Assembly: GCF_009914755.1 (NCBI RefSeq)
Contig: NC_060935.1
Length of the DNA stretch: 64,000 nt
Source of the DNA: the human T2T-CHM13v2.0 reference genome, Homo sapiens
Reading direction: 5' to 3' (one strand)
Shown: one piece after another, positions 19,691 to 38,168 of the stretch
Layout: each line of letters begins with the position of its first letter
How positions within the stretch are numbered: the stretch's first letter is position 1
Position numbers and translations under genes: made by a program
The notes under the pieces: model-generated
Database searches by the model: none
What the model was told of the DNA's origin: nothing
What the model saw: only the letters and a program-made list of their open reading frames with translations

Positions 19691-20039
19691 CTACTAAAAA
19701 CCCTCACATAAATTTGGAAACCAAAGAGTTAAGGCTATTTTGAAGGAAAAATGTGAAGATTAATTCCTTTTTTTTATTCATAAGTACTTTTGAGTGTATT
19801 ATATGTACTAGAAAGCATTCGCAGTCAAGGGATACAGCAAGAAACCAGACAAACTAGAGTCTTATCTACATTCTAAAATTCTTTGGAGATAAACTGGACT
19901 TGAAAACAAATGGAAGGTGAATAGATATAAAAAGTTTCAATGTTCATCCTGATGTAAAAAAATAAAATATATTGCAGAAATGAAGTCAGGAAGTGTTATA
20001 GGGGTCATGTAGTGCTTGTAAGACCACTGGTATTGTCTG

Positions 20040-21005
20040 AAATTCAAGCAGGCTGCAGAAATTTGAGTAACTAAAAGGAAAGCAGATGCTAATAGAAGAC
20101 AATGAAGAAAGGGCCTCAAAGATATTTCAGAGACCTTGGCTTGTGGCAGCCCCTCCCCTCAAAGGCCTGGAGGCCTAGGAGGGAAGAATGATTTTGTGGG
20201 CTGGGCCCAGTGCAGGTGCAGGACAGTGCTCACAGCATTCTAGGTCTCAGCCACTCCAGCTCCAGCCATGGCTAAAAGGGCCCCAGACATAGTTTGGGCC
20301 ACTGCTTTAAAGGGTGCAAGCCACAAGCCTTGGCAATTTCCATGGGGTGTTAAACCTGCAGGTGCACAAAGTACAGGAGTACACTGCTGATAAAGATATA
20401 CCTGAGACTGGGCAATTTACAAAAGAAAGAGGTTTAATTGGACTCACAGTTCCACATGGCTGGGGGGAGGCAGAAGGCAAAAGGCATGTCTTACATCACA
20501 GCAGGCAAGTGAGAGAATGACAGCCAAGCAAAATTGGTTTCCCCTTTTCAAACCATCAGAACGCATGAGACTTATTCACTACCACAAGAACAGCATGGGA
20601 GAAACTGCCCCCATGATTCAGTTATCACCACTGGGTCCCCCCACAACATGTGGAAATTATGGGAGTACAATTTGAGGTGAGATTTGGGTGGGGACACAGA
20701 GCCAAACCATATCAGAAGCCTTTGCCTGGATTTCTAAAGATGTATGGAAAAGCCTGTATGTCCAGTAGAAGTCTGCTGGGGTGGAGACTTCATGGTGAAT
20801 GTCTACTACAGCAGTGCAGATGGAAAATGTGGGGTTGGAGTCCCCACAGAGTCCACACTGGGGCACTGCCTAGTGCAGCTCTGAGAAGACAGCCAACATC
20901 CTCCAGACCCTAGAATGGTAGATCCACTGACAGCTTGCACCCTGAGCCTGGAAAAGCTGCAGGCACTCAACACTGGCCCTTGACAGCAGCCATGGGGACT
21001 GACCC
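20040..21005 (+). mobile_element. MaLR (THE1/MST) internal-region fragment, interrupted by an antisense THE1 LTR piece at about 20383-20714
   Basis: ttcaagcaggctgcagaaatttg... is internal sequence; ...gggtggggacacagagccaaaccatatca is an LTR end. Confidence 0.8.
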
Positions 21006-23120
<2,115 letters not shown>

Positions 23121-23714
23121 AAAGTCAGTTAAAAAAAAACAAGAGGGGTTGGTTAAAATACTTAAAAGGAGGGGTAGATGCTCCCTTGTTTTTCTCTCTT
23201 GGCTTTTTTCCTTCCTGCTGCCTGGAATTCAAAAATGATAGGTGGGGATTTGGCAGCCAAACTAGAGCCTCTTCTAAAGTATAGCAGAACAGAGAGCTGG
23301 AAGGGGCCTGCATCCCTAATGAATTTGGCAGGTATCTGTATTAGCCATGGTAGGTAGAACTATAGATTTAAGTGAGGGAGAAACCAACTTCTGCCTTGTT
23401 TAAGCCAGTTTGTTCAGACATTAATTTTATATACATATAGAGAACATATGCTCCTTTATGAGTAGGAAAAATGTTTATGCCATATGGTCCGTGATGGGTG
23501 TTCAACAATGTAGGATGAGGCTGATTATGATGACAATGGTGACAAATAGCATGAAATAATAAGCAATGAAAAAAAGATGGCCTAATAGTTCTGTATGGTT
23601 ACTTTATTTAAAGATTCTGCTGCTAATATCATTCAATGTATTTGTATGCTGGTGGGAGTTTTATTAGATGTAGACTAAGAAAGTTTACATTATTTAATGA
23701 AAAATACTTGACCA

Positions 23715-25183
23715 CCTCTCCCTCTCCCTCCCTCTCCCCCTCCCCCTCCCCTCCCCCTCTCCCTCTCCCTCTTTCCACGGTCTCCCTCTGATGCCGAGCC
23801 AAAGCTGGACTGTACTGCTCCATCTCCGCTCACTGCAACCTCCCTGCCTGATTCTCCTGCCTCAGCCTGCCGAGTGCCTGCGATTGCAGGCACGTGCAGC
23901 CACGCATGACTGGTTTTCGTATTTTTTTGGTGGAGACTGGGTTTCGCTCTGTTGGCCGGGCTGGTCTCCAACTCCTAACCACGAGTGATCTGCCAGCCTC
24001 AGCCTCCCGAGGCGCCGGGATTGCAGACAGAGTCTTGTTCACTCAGTGCTCAATGTTGCCCAGGCTGGAGTGCAGTGGCGTGATCTCGGCTCACTACAAC
24101 CTCCACCTCCAAGCCGCCTGCCTTGGCCTCCCAAAGTGCCAAGATTGCAGCCTCTGCCCAGCCACCACCCCGTCTGGGAAGTGAGGAGTGTCTCTGTCTG
24201 GCCGCCCATCATCTGGGATGTGAGGAACCCCTCTGCCCGGCTGCCCAGTCTGGGAAGTGAGGAGTGCCTCTCCCCGGCCGCCATCCCGTCTAGGAAGTGA
24301 GGAGCGTCTCTGCCCAGCCGCCCATGTCTGAGATGTGGGGAGCACCTCTGCCCCGCCACCCCGTCTGGCATGTGAGGAGCACCTCTGCCCGGCAGCCGCC
24401 CCATCCGGGAAGTGAGGAGCGTCTCCGCCCGGCAGCCGGCCCGTCCGGGAGGTGGGGGGCAGCCCCCACCCATCCAGCCTCCCCGTCCGGGAGGGAGGCG
24501 GGGGGCAGCCCCCGCCCGGCCAGCCGCCCCGTCCGGGAGGGAGGTGGGGGGCCGCCTCCGCCCGGCCGCCGCCCCGTCTGGGAGGTGGGGGGCGCCTCTG
24601 CCCGGCCGCCCCTTCTGGGAAGTGAGGAGCCCCTCTGCCCGGCCGCCACCCCGTCTGGGAGGTGTACCCAACAGCTCATTGAGAATGGGCCATGATGACG
24701 ATGGCGGTTTTGTCGAATAGAAAAGGGGGAAATGTGGGGAAAAGATAGAGAAATCAGATTGTTGCTGTGTCTGTGTAGAAAGAAGTAGATTTAGGAGACT
24801 CCATTTTGTTCTGTACTAAGAAAAATTCTTCTGCATTGGGATGCTGTTGATCTATGACCTTACCCCCAACCCGGTGCTCTCTGAAACATGTTTTGTGTCC
24901 ACTCAGGGTTAAATGGATTAAGGGCGGTGCAAGATGTGCTTTGTTAAACAGATGCTTGAAGGCAGCATGCTCGTTAAGAGTCATCACCACTCCCTAATCT
25001 CAAGTAACCAGGGACACAAACACTGCGGAAGGCCGCAGGGTCCTCTGCCTAGGAAAACCAGAGACCTTTGTTCACTTGTTTATCTGCTGACCTTCCTTCC
25101 ACTACTGTCCTATGACCCTGCCAAATCCCCCTCTGCAAGAAACACCCAAGAATGATCAATAAAAACAACAACAACAAACAACA
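23715..25183 (+). mobile_element. Full-length SVA retrotransposon
   Basis: (CCCTCT)n at 23715-23772, antisense Alu-like region, GC-rich VNTR at about 24150-24665, SINE-R, AATAAA at about 25158 and an A-rich tail; 15-bp TSD aaaaatacttgacca at 23700-23714 and 25184-25198. Confidence 0.97.
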
Positions 25184-26108
25184 AAAAATACTTGACCAAT
25201 TTTAAAAAAAATAAAAATATCATGAGATGGAACTAAGCATCTGTATTGCAAAGTAACTCTCCCAGTTGATTTTCTGCATAGTAATGATTGAGAATCCCCT
25301 GATCTAGATCCAACAGATCTCGACCTTTATAGACGCTATCAAGGAAGCACCTAAGGAAGACAATTTTCCTGACTATATCCATACCTCCAGTTAGTAATAG
25401 ATCTAGAGATCTAGAATCCAAATCCAGACCTCCTGCCTCCATGTGCGGTGGTCTTTCACTGTTGTTTTGTTCCACTTGGTGAAGAGGATTTGAGAATAAA
25501 TAGCCACATGATTCAACTCCCTCCTCAGTTCTGAGTAATATAGTCTTGTCCTAGCAAGCAAGAAGCTCATACAGTAGTGGATGAGGCAAATATACATTCA
25601 CTAATCTAACATACAAGGCAGTAAGTACTGTAACATAAACAAAGCACTTTGGACTTTCAGACCAGGAGAAAGTGGGGTGATTAATTCTTAGCAGGGCAAG
25701 TAAAGTCTGGGAAGTGTTCACTAACAAAATGTCTGGTCATTAATGAAACCAACTGGTTTCTCAACACAGTCTAATTTATTGTAACAATATAAATGGTTGT
25801 TTGTTCATAAACTTTCATCTTTTGCCAAAATGTTTGTAGCTTATGTCCCCATTTAACAAGGTTTTATGGCCAAAACTGTGCACCCACATCATACTAATGA
25901 ACTGGCTGTCCAATAAAAAAAGGACTCTCAGTCTTCCCATAAAAGCAATTTTGCATGCATAGAACACGTCTATCTATGAATATGCCTAATGAGGTACACA
26001 AAGACTCTTATTATCCAAACAGAGACATTCCACTGGTGCTAGACAGCCACAGATGGAAGTTTTCTCTGCCTCCTGGAAATGAAGACAAACTTTTTTCTTT
26101 CTTCAGCC

Positions 26109-29100
26109 ATGAGGATTGCTGTCCTCCTCTTCGCCATTTTCTTCTTTATGAGCCAAGTTCTACCAGGTAACAAAATAAACTTGGTAAGAGTAGAGTGCCT
26201 AACACCTTACAGGGATTCAATACTCAAAGAGAAATCACCATCACCTATAACCAGAAAAGGGGGTCTCATAGGAAATCTGGAAGACTCATTGGCTGAGAGG
26301 CCTGCAGCCATCTAATTCATTAATTCTCCATAGCAACTCAGTTAAATGAAGTCAATGGTGTTTCAAGTCTTTGAAACCCTCTTATTCCATCTCCAAATTA
26401 GGCAAGTTTACTAGCAGTTACTAGACATCAAAAATTAAAAATCAGGCATTATTCTACTAAATCTTGGTCTCCAAAGCTCCTCTAGTTTCCTTCAGCAACA
26501 GTTAGTTTTCCTAAGAACTGGCATAAGAGCTATGCCAAAGCTGTGGTAGGCTCAGACAGAAGGGATTGGTGGAAGAAGTCTCTTTGAAAATATTATTATA
26601 ATCTAAGAAATCTTTAACCTATTGCTCCCCAATACTGTTGGTCACTGGGGCTTGACTTTTCCCCTTAAGGCTCCATCTCCATCCCTGGCTTTCCCTCTTC
26701 CTTCTCAGCATCTAGTCTTGTAATGTAGAATTTAAACACAGGAACCAGGGATGACCCCACACCAGGGCATAGCCTACTGCATTCAGCATGCAAACATTAA
26801 TCACAGGTATAAGGCCCCTTGCACAGACATGCTTTGGAGAAGTGTGTCTAGGACTTCTTGGATTTGCCCATGGTGGTTACCAGACACCCAAAATAGATCC
26901 AAAAATTTTCTGGAACTCCTGAACATGTGTATTCAAGGATGAATAAGCAACTTATTGCCTCTATTTTTGCTGTTTTATAGAGAAAAAAATTAAGGCCCTG
27001 GAAACTGAAGTGCTTTTCTCAACAGTGGGGTAAATGTCAGAGTCAACACTTTGTTTTAATATCCTGGCTTTCCCTAATACATCCCACCCTGGAGTTCTGT
27101 TGTGCCGTTCCTTTGTGTGACTTCCTAAAGCCTGAAAAAAGGTGATACCATATCCAATTATATTAACTCGGTAGCACACAACATCGGGGACTGACTTATA
27201 AGATTATTATCCTTGTGGCATTACTGAATTCCTAGTACTTGTTAAATAGTCACCCTGGCTAAATACATGGGTTTGATTTTTTTAACCAGTTAAAAATATT
27301 TTAAAATATGTGTCTTACATATATAACCCCAGAAAATCAATGCTTTTAATCAAGGTTTAAAAATTCCAAATTTGGATAAACAAATTTTTTTTGTTGTTTT
27401 CATTGTCACTCAATCAAAATAGAAGCAACTAATTGGATAGAACAGCACAGGCAGAAGCATTACTCACAGTCAAAAATGGGATGCAACAAGACTGGAGAAG
27501 AAAACACAGGATGGTGCTAAAGAATGCAGCCTAATGAAAGGTGGCACCTCCTCTGGATGTCCTTAGGTAGACATTGAAGCAGAACTGCAAACTTTTTGTA
27601 GAAGGCTAGAGAAGAGAGGAGGACACAGAGAGAGGGCAAGAGTGGAAAATAGAATGAGGCTCAGAATACCAAGCCTTAGTGCCATCCCTATCATCTGTCT
27701 CACTCCATCACTGGGTGATCTTGAGCAAGTTTCTTTCTTTCCGTCAGCTTATTTCCTCATCTTTAAGGTAAGCGACTAGACAAGACAGCCTATGATGTTC
27801 ATTGTAACTCTAGCTTTTGTTCCTAAAGCAAATAGCTGGAAAAGACATAGTGTCCACAATATGCAATACACAAGGTTTACAAGCAAAGAACAAATGAAAA
27901 CAAAAGATTTTTAAAATCCCTAATGTTACTTGAATTCTTGTAAATGAACAATGGTACATCATAATTTTAAAAAGCCCTTTGTAATTTCAATTTTTTAAAA
28001 TAATTTCAACCTTTATTTTAGATTCAGGGAGTGCATGTGCAGATTTGTTACATGGGTATATTGTGTGATATTGAGGTTTGGGGTATGAATAACTCTGTCA
28101 CGCAGGTAGGGTGTACCTAAAGGTTAGCTTTTCAGACTTTACTCCCTCTCCCTCCCCTCCTGGTAAGTCCCAATCTCTCTTGTTCCCATTTTTATGTCCA
28201 TGTGCACTTATTGCTCGGCCCCCCCTTATAACTGAGAATATGTGGTATTTGGCTTCCTGTTCCTGAGATAATTTGCTTAGAATAAAGTCCTCCAGCTGCA
28301 TCCATGTTACTGAAAAAGACACAGTTTTGTTCTTTTTATGGCTGCATAGTATTCCATGACATATATGTACTACATTTGCTTTATTCAATCCACTGTTGAT
28401 GAACACCTAGTTTGATTCCATACCTTTGCTACTGTGAATACCACTGTGATGAACATACAAATTTAGGTCTTTTTACAAGACTGATTTATTTTCCTTTGGA
28501 TATACACCCAGTAGTGAGATTACTGGGTCAAATGGTAGTTCTGTATTAAGTTTCTTGAAAAGTGGTTTGAAAATATAATGCTCAATAGAATCAGGTATAG
28601 TAACATAGTACACATGATTCAAAGACCTGTGAACCGAGAGTAACAACAAATTTCTGCACAAACATATTGCAAGTTAGAAAACAGCTGTATTTTAATCAAT
28701 TATTCCACAATCATTTACTGAATAGCTATTATAAGCCAAGACTTTAATCAGATTCTGGAATATACATACAGAGGAGAATAAGATATGATTCCTGCCCTCA
28801 AGAAATTCATTATCAAGAATTGAGGTCAGATGAGAAAACACCACCCGTAGTAGAATGCAAGAAGTACTACCACAGAGGGATGTTCAAGAGTGATTTATCA
28901 CATATCACAAGACAGGTCAGTGGTTCATCCTCTACACTATACTAATCTCTTATGACTCTTCCAGCTGCAAAGGGCCAATTTTAGCACAAGGCCAGTGGGC
29001 TTGGGTACTACTATACGTAGTAGCTGACTACTTACAGATAAAAGGAAGAGATGGAAAGCTCAGGGATCAAAAAACTCAGATTTCAGCTTGTTTCTACTAA

Positions 29101-30471
29101 GTGACCAACATCTAGAATTATCATTGTCTTCAAAAAAGCATGACCTTTATTTCCCAATTTGCATTATAGATATAAATATGATATTGCATATATTTGGTCT
29201 TCACATCAAGCCACTAACTGCTTTGTGACCACTGAAAAGTTAAATGGAACCTAATGCATTTGGATTTCAGTTCAGTTAAATAGGCATTTATTGAATGTTT
29301 ATTAAAATTGCTGTACTGATTGAAAGCTATTCTAGAATTGGCTTTTGTGTTCCAGAATAGAAAAAAAAAAGTGCTGGTTTTTATACCTCTCTTATTGCCA
29401 AGAAGTTGTCATGGAAAAGGTGCTCTGTGTTACATACAAAGGCTGCTCAGAATTAAAACACTTTTCAAACTAAATACCTCAGTGTGTGTGGCCTATCCCC
29501 AGAGCAGTGATATCTTAGGACATAAATGAAATACTATACAATGTTTTCAACAAGTATAGTTTTTCAGCCTTTAAGAAGACCTTGAATGTTTCACTCTTAA
29601 TATATGCAATGGTTTCTAGAGAAAAATTGCAACCTCAAATACCCGTGCCAGAGATATAAGTAGTGAGTGAAGTCTCAGGGTGTAACAAGTACTGGCACAG
29701 ATATATTTGTGTATTAAACACATAGGAATATTGTTCCCTTCCACAGGAAAAATATCCTCTCTAACAATTAAAGTATATTGTCTTTTAGGTCTATATTTCA
29801 GTTCTACTTTTGAAAGATACATCTATTATAATCTATCATATAGAGTGTGTGTTTGTGTGTGTGTGTGTGTGTCTGTGTGTGTAGAAATAAAAAGAGATGA
29901 ACCAAAAGAGATTTTCTTCTCTTTCGCTCCAGGAAAATCCATAGTGCAAGACATTAAATTTTTTTAAAAGGCTGAAATCTCCCATCAGTGTTAGAAGATA
30001 ATAAGGAAGAAATAAACTGAAACTTGCATGCTCTAGAACTTGTAAAGGGGAGCGGGCTACTCACCTCCAGCCTTTTGTCATGTAGGTGCACCCAATATTC
30101 TCAGATTTTTCAAGAACACCAAAAAATCCAAATCTTTGTGTGACAGCAGATTTTTAAGTGTTTAAGAAATCAAATCACACACACACACACACACACACAC
30201 AAATCCACACAAGATTATTTTCAAGCACTGCCCCCTACATCCATGTAATTCAACACAAAGTAAAGAAAGACTGGTGAATGGTTACAATAACCCTCTTCTT
30301 CATGTAGCCAGGGGCAAATTCAAGGAGATCTGTGAACGTCCAAATGGCTCCTGTCGGGACTTTTGCCTTGAAACAGAAATCCATGTTGGGAGATGTTTAA
30401 ATAGCCAACCCTGCTGCCTGCCTCTGGGGCATCAACCAAGAATTGAGAGCACTACACCCAAAAAGGACTGA
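26109..30471 (+). CDS. DEFB108B: Beta-defensin 108B, 73 aa; exons 26109-26166 and 30308-30471
   Basis: [20 protein letters not shown]|[53 protein letters not shown]: signal-peptide exon, phase-1 GT-AG intron, six-cysteine motif, AATAAA at 30593-30598. Confidence 0.93.
27670..27815. mobile_element. MIR remnant
   Basis: ctgggtgatcttgagcaagtt...tttcctcatctttaa core. Confidence 0.55.
27995..28560 (-). mobile_element. L1 3' end (L1PB/L1MA-like)
   Basis: Antisense L1 3'UTR (tatggctgcatagtattccat...). Confidence 0.85.
29845..29882. repeat. (TG)n microsatellite
   Basis: Interrupted TG run. Confidence 0.9.
30176..30201. repeat. (CA)n microsatellite
   Basis: CA run about 100 bp upstream of DEFB108B exon 2. 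Confidence 0.9.
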
Positions 30472-30642
30472 AGCCTGTTGTTTTCTGGAGGTTTTATGTT
30501 CTCTTTTTTCTCTCTCCCTCTCTCTGTCTCCCTGTCTCCCTTTCCCTCTCTCCATTTTTCTCACAGGGATTTTTATTGAATCCTCAAAAAAGAATAAACC
30601 AAAACCAACCAGCACAAAACTCTTTTAAAAGTTTATATTACT

Positions 30643-30950
<308 letters not shown>

Positions 30951-31418
30951 TTATATTACATGTTATGACTTGATTACTGTTTGGTTTCCAGTATCTTTCT
31001 ATCCCATCTAGATGAGCTCTTAGTTGAAAATGACCTGCAGCAGGGTGGGGGAACTTTCACCATACCTATTGCTTTTGTCTCGCACTGTAACCCTTCACCC
31101 TGAGTGTGGGAAGACCACTCCCCTTTTTTACTGGGAAAATGCACCATCCTATTCCATGCAGCCTTGCAGGGGTCTGTCTCTCCCTGATAAAGGTGCAGCA
31201 CATGGGAAAATTACACAATCACGTCAACCAGACTTCACCAGAAATCTAAATTATAAAAAGAGGTGCACTCAGATTAAAGGCAATTTCTTCAGCACCCTTT
31301 TCAAAGGCAATTCCCTGGGTCTGTACCTGTATGCCTGGCCAAGATTCAGGGAATTCCTTTAGTCCCCAGCTTTTTCTGGGCATAATCATTCAGCATTTTC
31401 TTCCATCTTTTAAAACAC

Positions 31419-31931
31419 TGCATTGGCTTCCTAAGGCTGCTATCAAAAATTACAACAAACTTAGTGGCTTAAAGCAACACAAATGCATTATCTGACAGTT
31501 CTATAGGCTGCAGGTTTCAGATGGATCTCAGCGGGCCAACATCAAGGTGTCAGCAGGGCTGAGCTTTCTTCTGGAAGCTCTGCAGTTTTCTTCCTGCACC
31601 TTTATCCCAGCAATGGCAGGTTAGTCCTGTGCACCATAGCTTCCTTCATCCATTTTCAAAGCCAGCAAAGGAGCGTTGAGTCCTCACATTCCATCATTCT
31701 GAATTCTTCTTCTCCCCACTGTTCCATTTTTTAGGACTCATGATTACATTGGGCCCACCTGGATGATCTAAGATAATCTCCCTATTTTAAGGTCAGCTGA
31801 TTAACAGCCTTAATTTCACATGAAACCTCAATTTCCCTTTGCCTTACAAGGTGGCATATTCACAGGACCCAGGAGTTAGAATGTGGATAGCTTTGGTGGG
31901 AGACAGAGGGGACATTATTCTACCTACTACA
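31419..31931 (-). mobile_element. MLT1 (MaLR) solo LTR
   Basis: caaacttagtggcttaaagcaacac ... gattacattgggcccacctggat ... ggacattattctacctactaca. Confidence 0.8.
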
Positions 31932-32424
31932 GCCACTGAGTGCTTTTGCCACCTGTCACCATTTTGCTCCATTTAGACACAACTTTAGTTGCTTTGTGTG
32001 AAGAGATTCTCATTCATAGAGTTTTCATTTTTGTGTAAAGTAGTGGGGGGCCTCCCCTTGGTTATTGAAAGAGTATAGAATCAAGATATTTAAAAGTATA
32101 TTAGCTGGATTTTATTTTTCACCATGCCTGATTTGGCCAAGAAAGAATGTTAAGTTATGTCACGTGGGCTACTTGAAATCTCAAAAAGTTCAAAACATTG
32201 GGTTCAAAATCTCAGAGACTGAGATATATTCCAACCAACTCGGCCCTGTGGAAGTGCCAAGTTTTCCTCAGTGCCACTCTTGAAACTACATCACCAACTG
32301 ACCCTTTAATATATTTTTGCACTATATAACATTTATTTCTTAGAGTAAGTTCTTCCCTAGAAAAGAAGCAGTTTGGACACGTATATTAAGGCCGTCACAT
32401 AGAATATTATCCTCTCATTGCTAG

Positions 32425-36070
<3,646 letters not shown>

Positions 36071-37078
36071 GTGTCCGGAATTGGTGGGTTCTTGGTCTCG
36101 CTGAGTTTAAGAATGAAGCCGCAGACCCTCCTGGTGAGTGTTAACAGTTCTTAAAGATTGTGTGTCCAGAGTTGCTCATTCCTCCCAGTGGGTTCATGGT
36201 CTGGCTGGCCTCAGAAGTGAAGCTGCAGACCTTCGCAGTGAGTGTTACAGCTCTTAAAGGCGGCGTGGACCCAAAGAGTGAGCAGCAGCAAGCTATACTG
36301 CAAAAAGCGAAAGAACAAAGTTCCCACATCATGGAAGGGGACCCAACCCTGTTGAGCTGTGGGCTCCGGTGGCCTGCTTTTATTCCCTTGTCTGGCCCCA
36401 CCCACATCCTGCTGATTGGTCCATTTTACAGAGAGCTGATTGGCCCATTTTGACAGAGTGCTGACTAGTGCATTTACAAACCTTTAGCTAGACACAGAGT
36501 GCTGATTGGTGCATTTACAATCCTTTAGCTGGACACAAAAGTTCTTCAAGTCCCCCACCAGATTAGCTAGACACAAAGTGCTGATTGGTGCGTTTACAAA
36601 CTTTTAGCTAGACACAGAGTGCTGATTGGTGCATTTACAGTCCTTTAGCTAGGCAGAAAAGTTCTCCAAGTCCCCAGCCAGCCCAGAAGCCCAGCTGGCT
36701 TCACCTCTTGATGGCACTTGCCAGACAGGACTTTGCAGCACCCAGCCCTGGCACTCCAGCTGCCTAGAGAGAGCTCATCTCCCAGTCAAGCCCAGCAGGC
36801 ACCGGCCAGCCGCCCCAAGTGTGGGGCCTGCTGAGCCCGCACCCACCCCGAACCTGCACCAGCCCACAAGGGCCACACACAGCCCCGGCTCCCACCAGGG
36901 CCTCTCCCTCCACACCCTGCGAGCAGAGGGAGCCAGCTCCGGCCTTGACCAGCCCCAGAGAGGGGCCCTCACAGTGCAGCGGCGGGCTGAGTGGCTCCTG
37001 GAGTGCAACCAGAGTGGACGCCGAGGCCAAGGAGGCGCTGAGAGCCAGCGAGGACTGCTAGCATGTTGTCATCTCTCA
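36071..37078 (-). mobile_element. LTR12 (ERV9) solo LTR inserted in L1
   Basis: The minus strand starts TGAGAGATGACAACATGCTAGCAG and ends ...ACCCACCAATTCCGGACAC; tandem gctgattggt (CCAAT) repeats at 36410-36630. Confidence 0.93.
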
Positions 37079-37164
37079 ACACTACTACAGCGGATGCTTT
37101 CTGGAAAGCGCCACCTCCCAGCAGGAGGCCCATCAGCACAAAAATAGAGCCGTAAACCACCAAA

Positions 37165-37750
37165 ATGGTGGAGGCAGTTTGAAAAACAGGTTGGCAGTTC
37201 TTAAAGAATTAAAAATAGAGTTACCATATAACCCAGCAATTCCACTCTTAGGTATATACTTAAGAAAATAGTTTGTACCTAAGAGTTGAAAAATTCTCAG
37301 TGAATGCTCATAGCAGCATTATTCATAATAGCAAAAAAGCTGAAATAACCCAAATACCCATCAGCTGATAAATATATAAACACAATGTGTTATATTTATA
37401 TAATACAGTATTATTTATTGATAGAAGGAATGAAATAGCTATATATCCTACAACTTGGATGACCTTGAAAAATTATGCTAAGTTATGGAAGGCAGACACA
37501 AATGGGTATATAATTTATAATTCCAGTTATGTAATGTCCAGAATAGTCAAATCTATAGGGATAGAAAACAAATTAGTAGTTTCTGGGGATTAGAGAAGGA
37601 GTTTCTTTTTGGGGTGATGGAAAGGTTTTGGAATTAAATAGCGGTGATGGCTGCACAACATTGTAAATATACTAACATCTATTAAATTAAACAAATCAAA
37701 ATGGTTGAAATAGTGAATATTTTGTTATGTGAACATTATCTTAATACAAA
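37165..37750 (+). mobile_element. Old L1M 3' fragment
   Basis: acccagcaattccactcttaggtatatac and the L1M 3'UTR pattern. Confidence 0.7.
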
Positions 37751-38117
37751 TTGTTTTGATAAATGTAATGTTTTGGAGTGTCCCTTTTTATTTGTTTTCT
37801 TAGAAGAGGTTGGATATAATTAAAATTTTTTAAATTTCTGAAATGTTGTTGAAAATATAAGTTAAGTGCCTTCTTTTTTAGGAGGTTATTGATTACAGAA
37901 TTAGTTGCTTTATTGATTACAGAATTATTTGCTTTATTAATTCAGGAAAACATTCTTATTTTCTGTTTCACCTTGAGTTAATTTTGTCAAGTTTCTTTAA
38001 TGGTTTTGCATATTTAAAGATGCTTCCTTTTTTCCTGTTATTTTTATTTGTGCATTTTATTTTCTTTGTAATTCATACTGCAAAGACTGAGATGTTTCTG
38101 TTTTCTATTATTATTTT

Positions 38118-38168
38118 CTTCTGAGATCAGATGAGATCAGGAGTGTTCATGATGGTATTGCCAAAGAC
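38118..38168 (-). pseudogene. 5S rRNA retropseudogene (5' about 50 nt)
   Basis: The reverse complement gtctttggcaataccatcatgaacactcctgatctcatctgatctcagaag aligns to the 5S 5' end GTCTACGGCCATACCACCCTGAACGCGCCCGATCTCGTCTGATCTCGGAAG; flanked by a 13-bp direct repeat. Confidence 0.85.

Noticed and set aside
23690-25155. Many overlapping ORFs up to 210 aa
   Set aside because: They are by-products of the GC-rich SVA VNTR and Alu-like region
30274-30307. ORF-track N-terminus [11 protein letters not shown] on the defensin ORF
   Set aside because: Intronic sequence with a GTG start; the real exon begins at the acceptor at 30308
36141-37163. Cluster of ORFs, and CRISPR-like tandem repeats at 36410-36670
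   Set aside because: All inside LTR12; the repeats are its CCAAT enhancer units, with no unique spacers, in a eukaryotic genome
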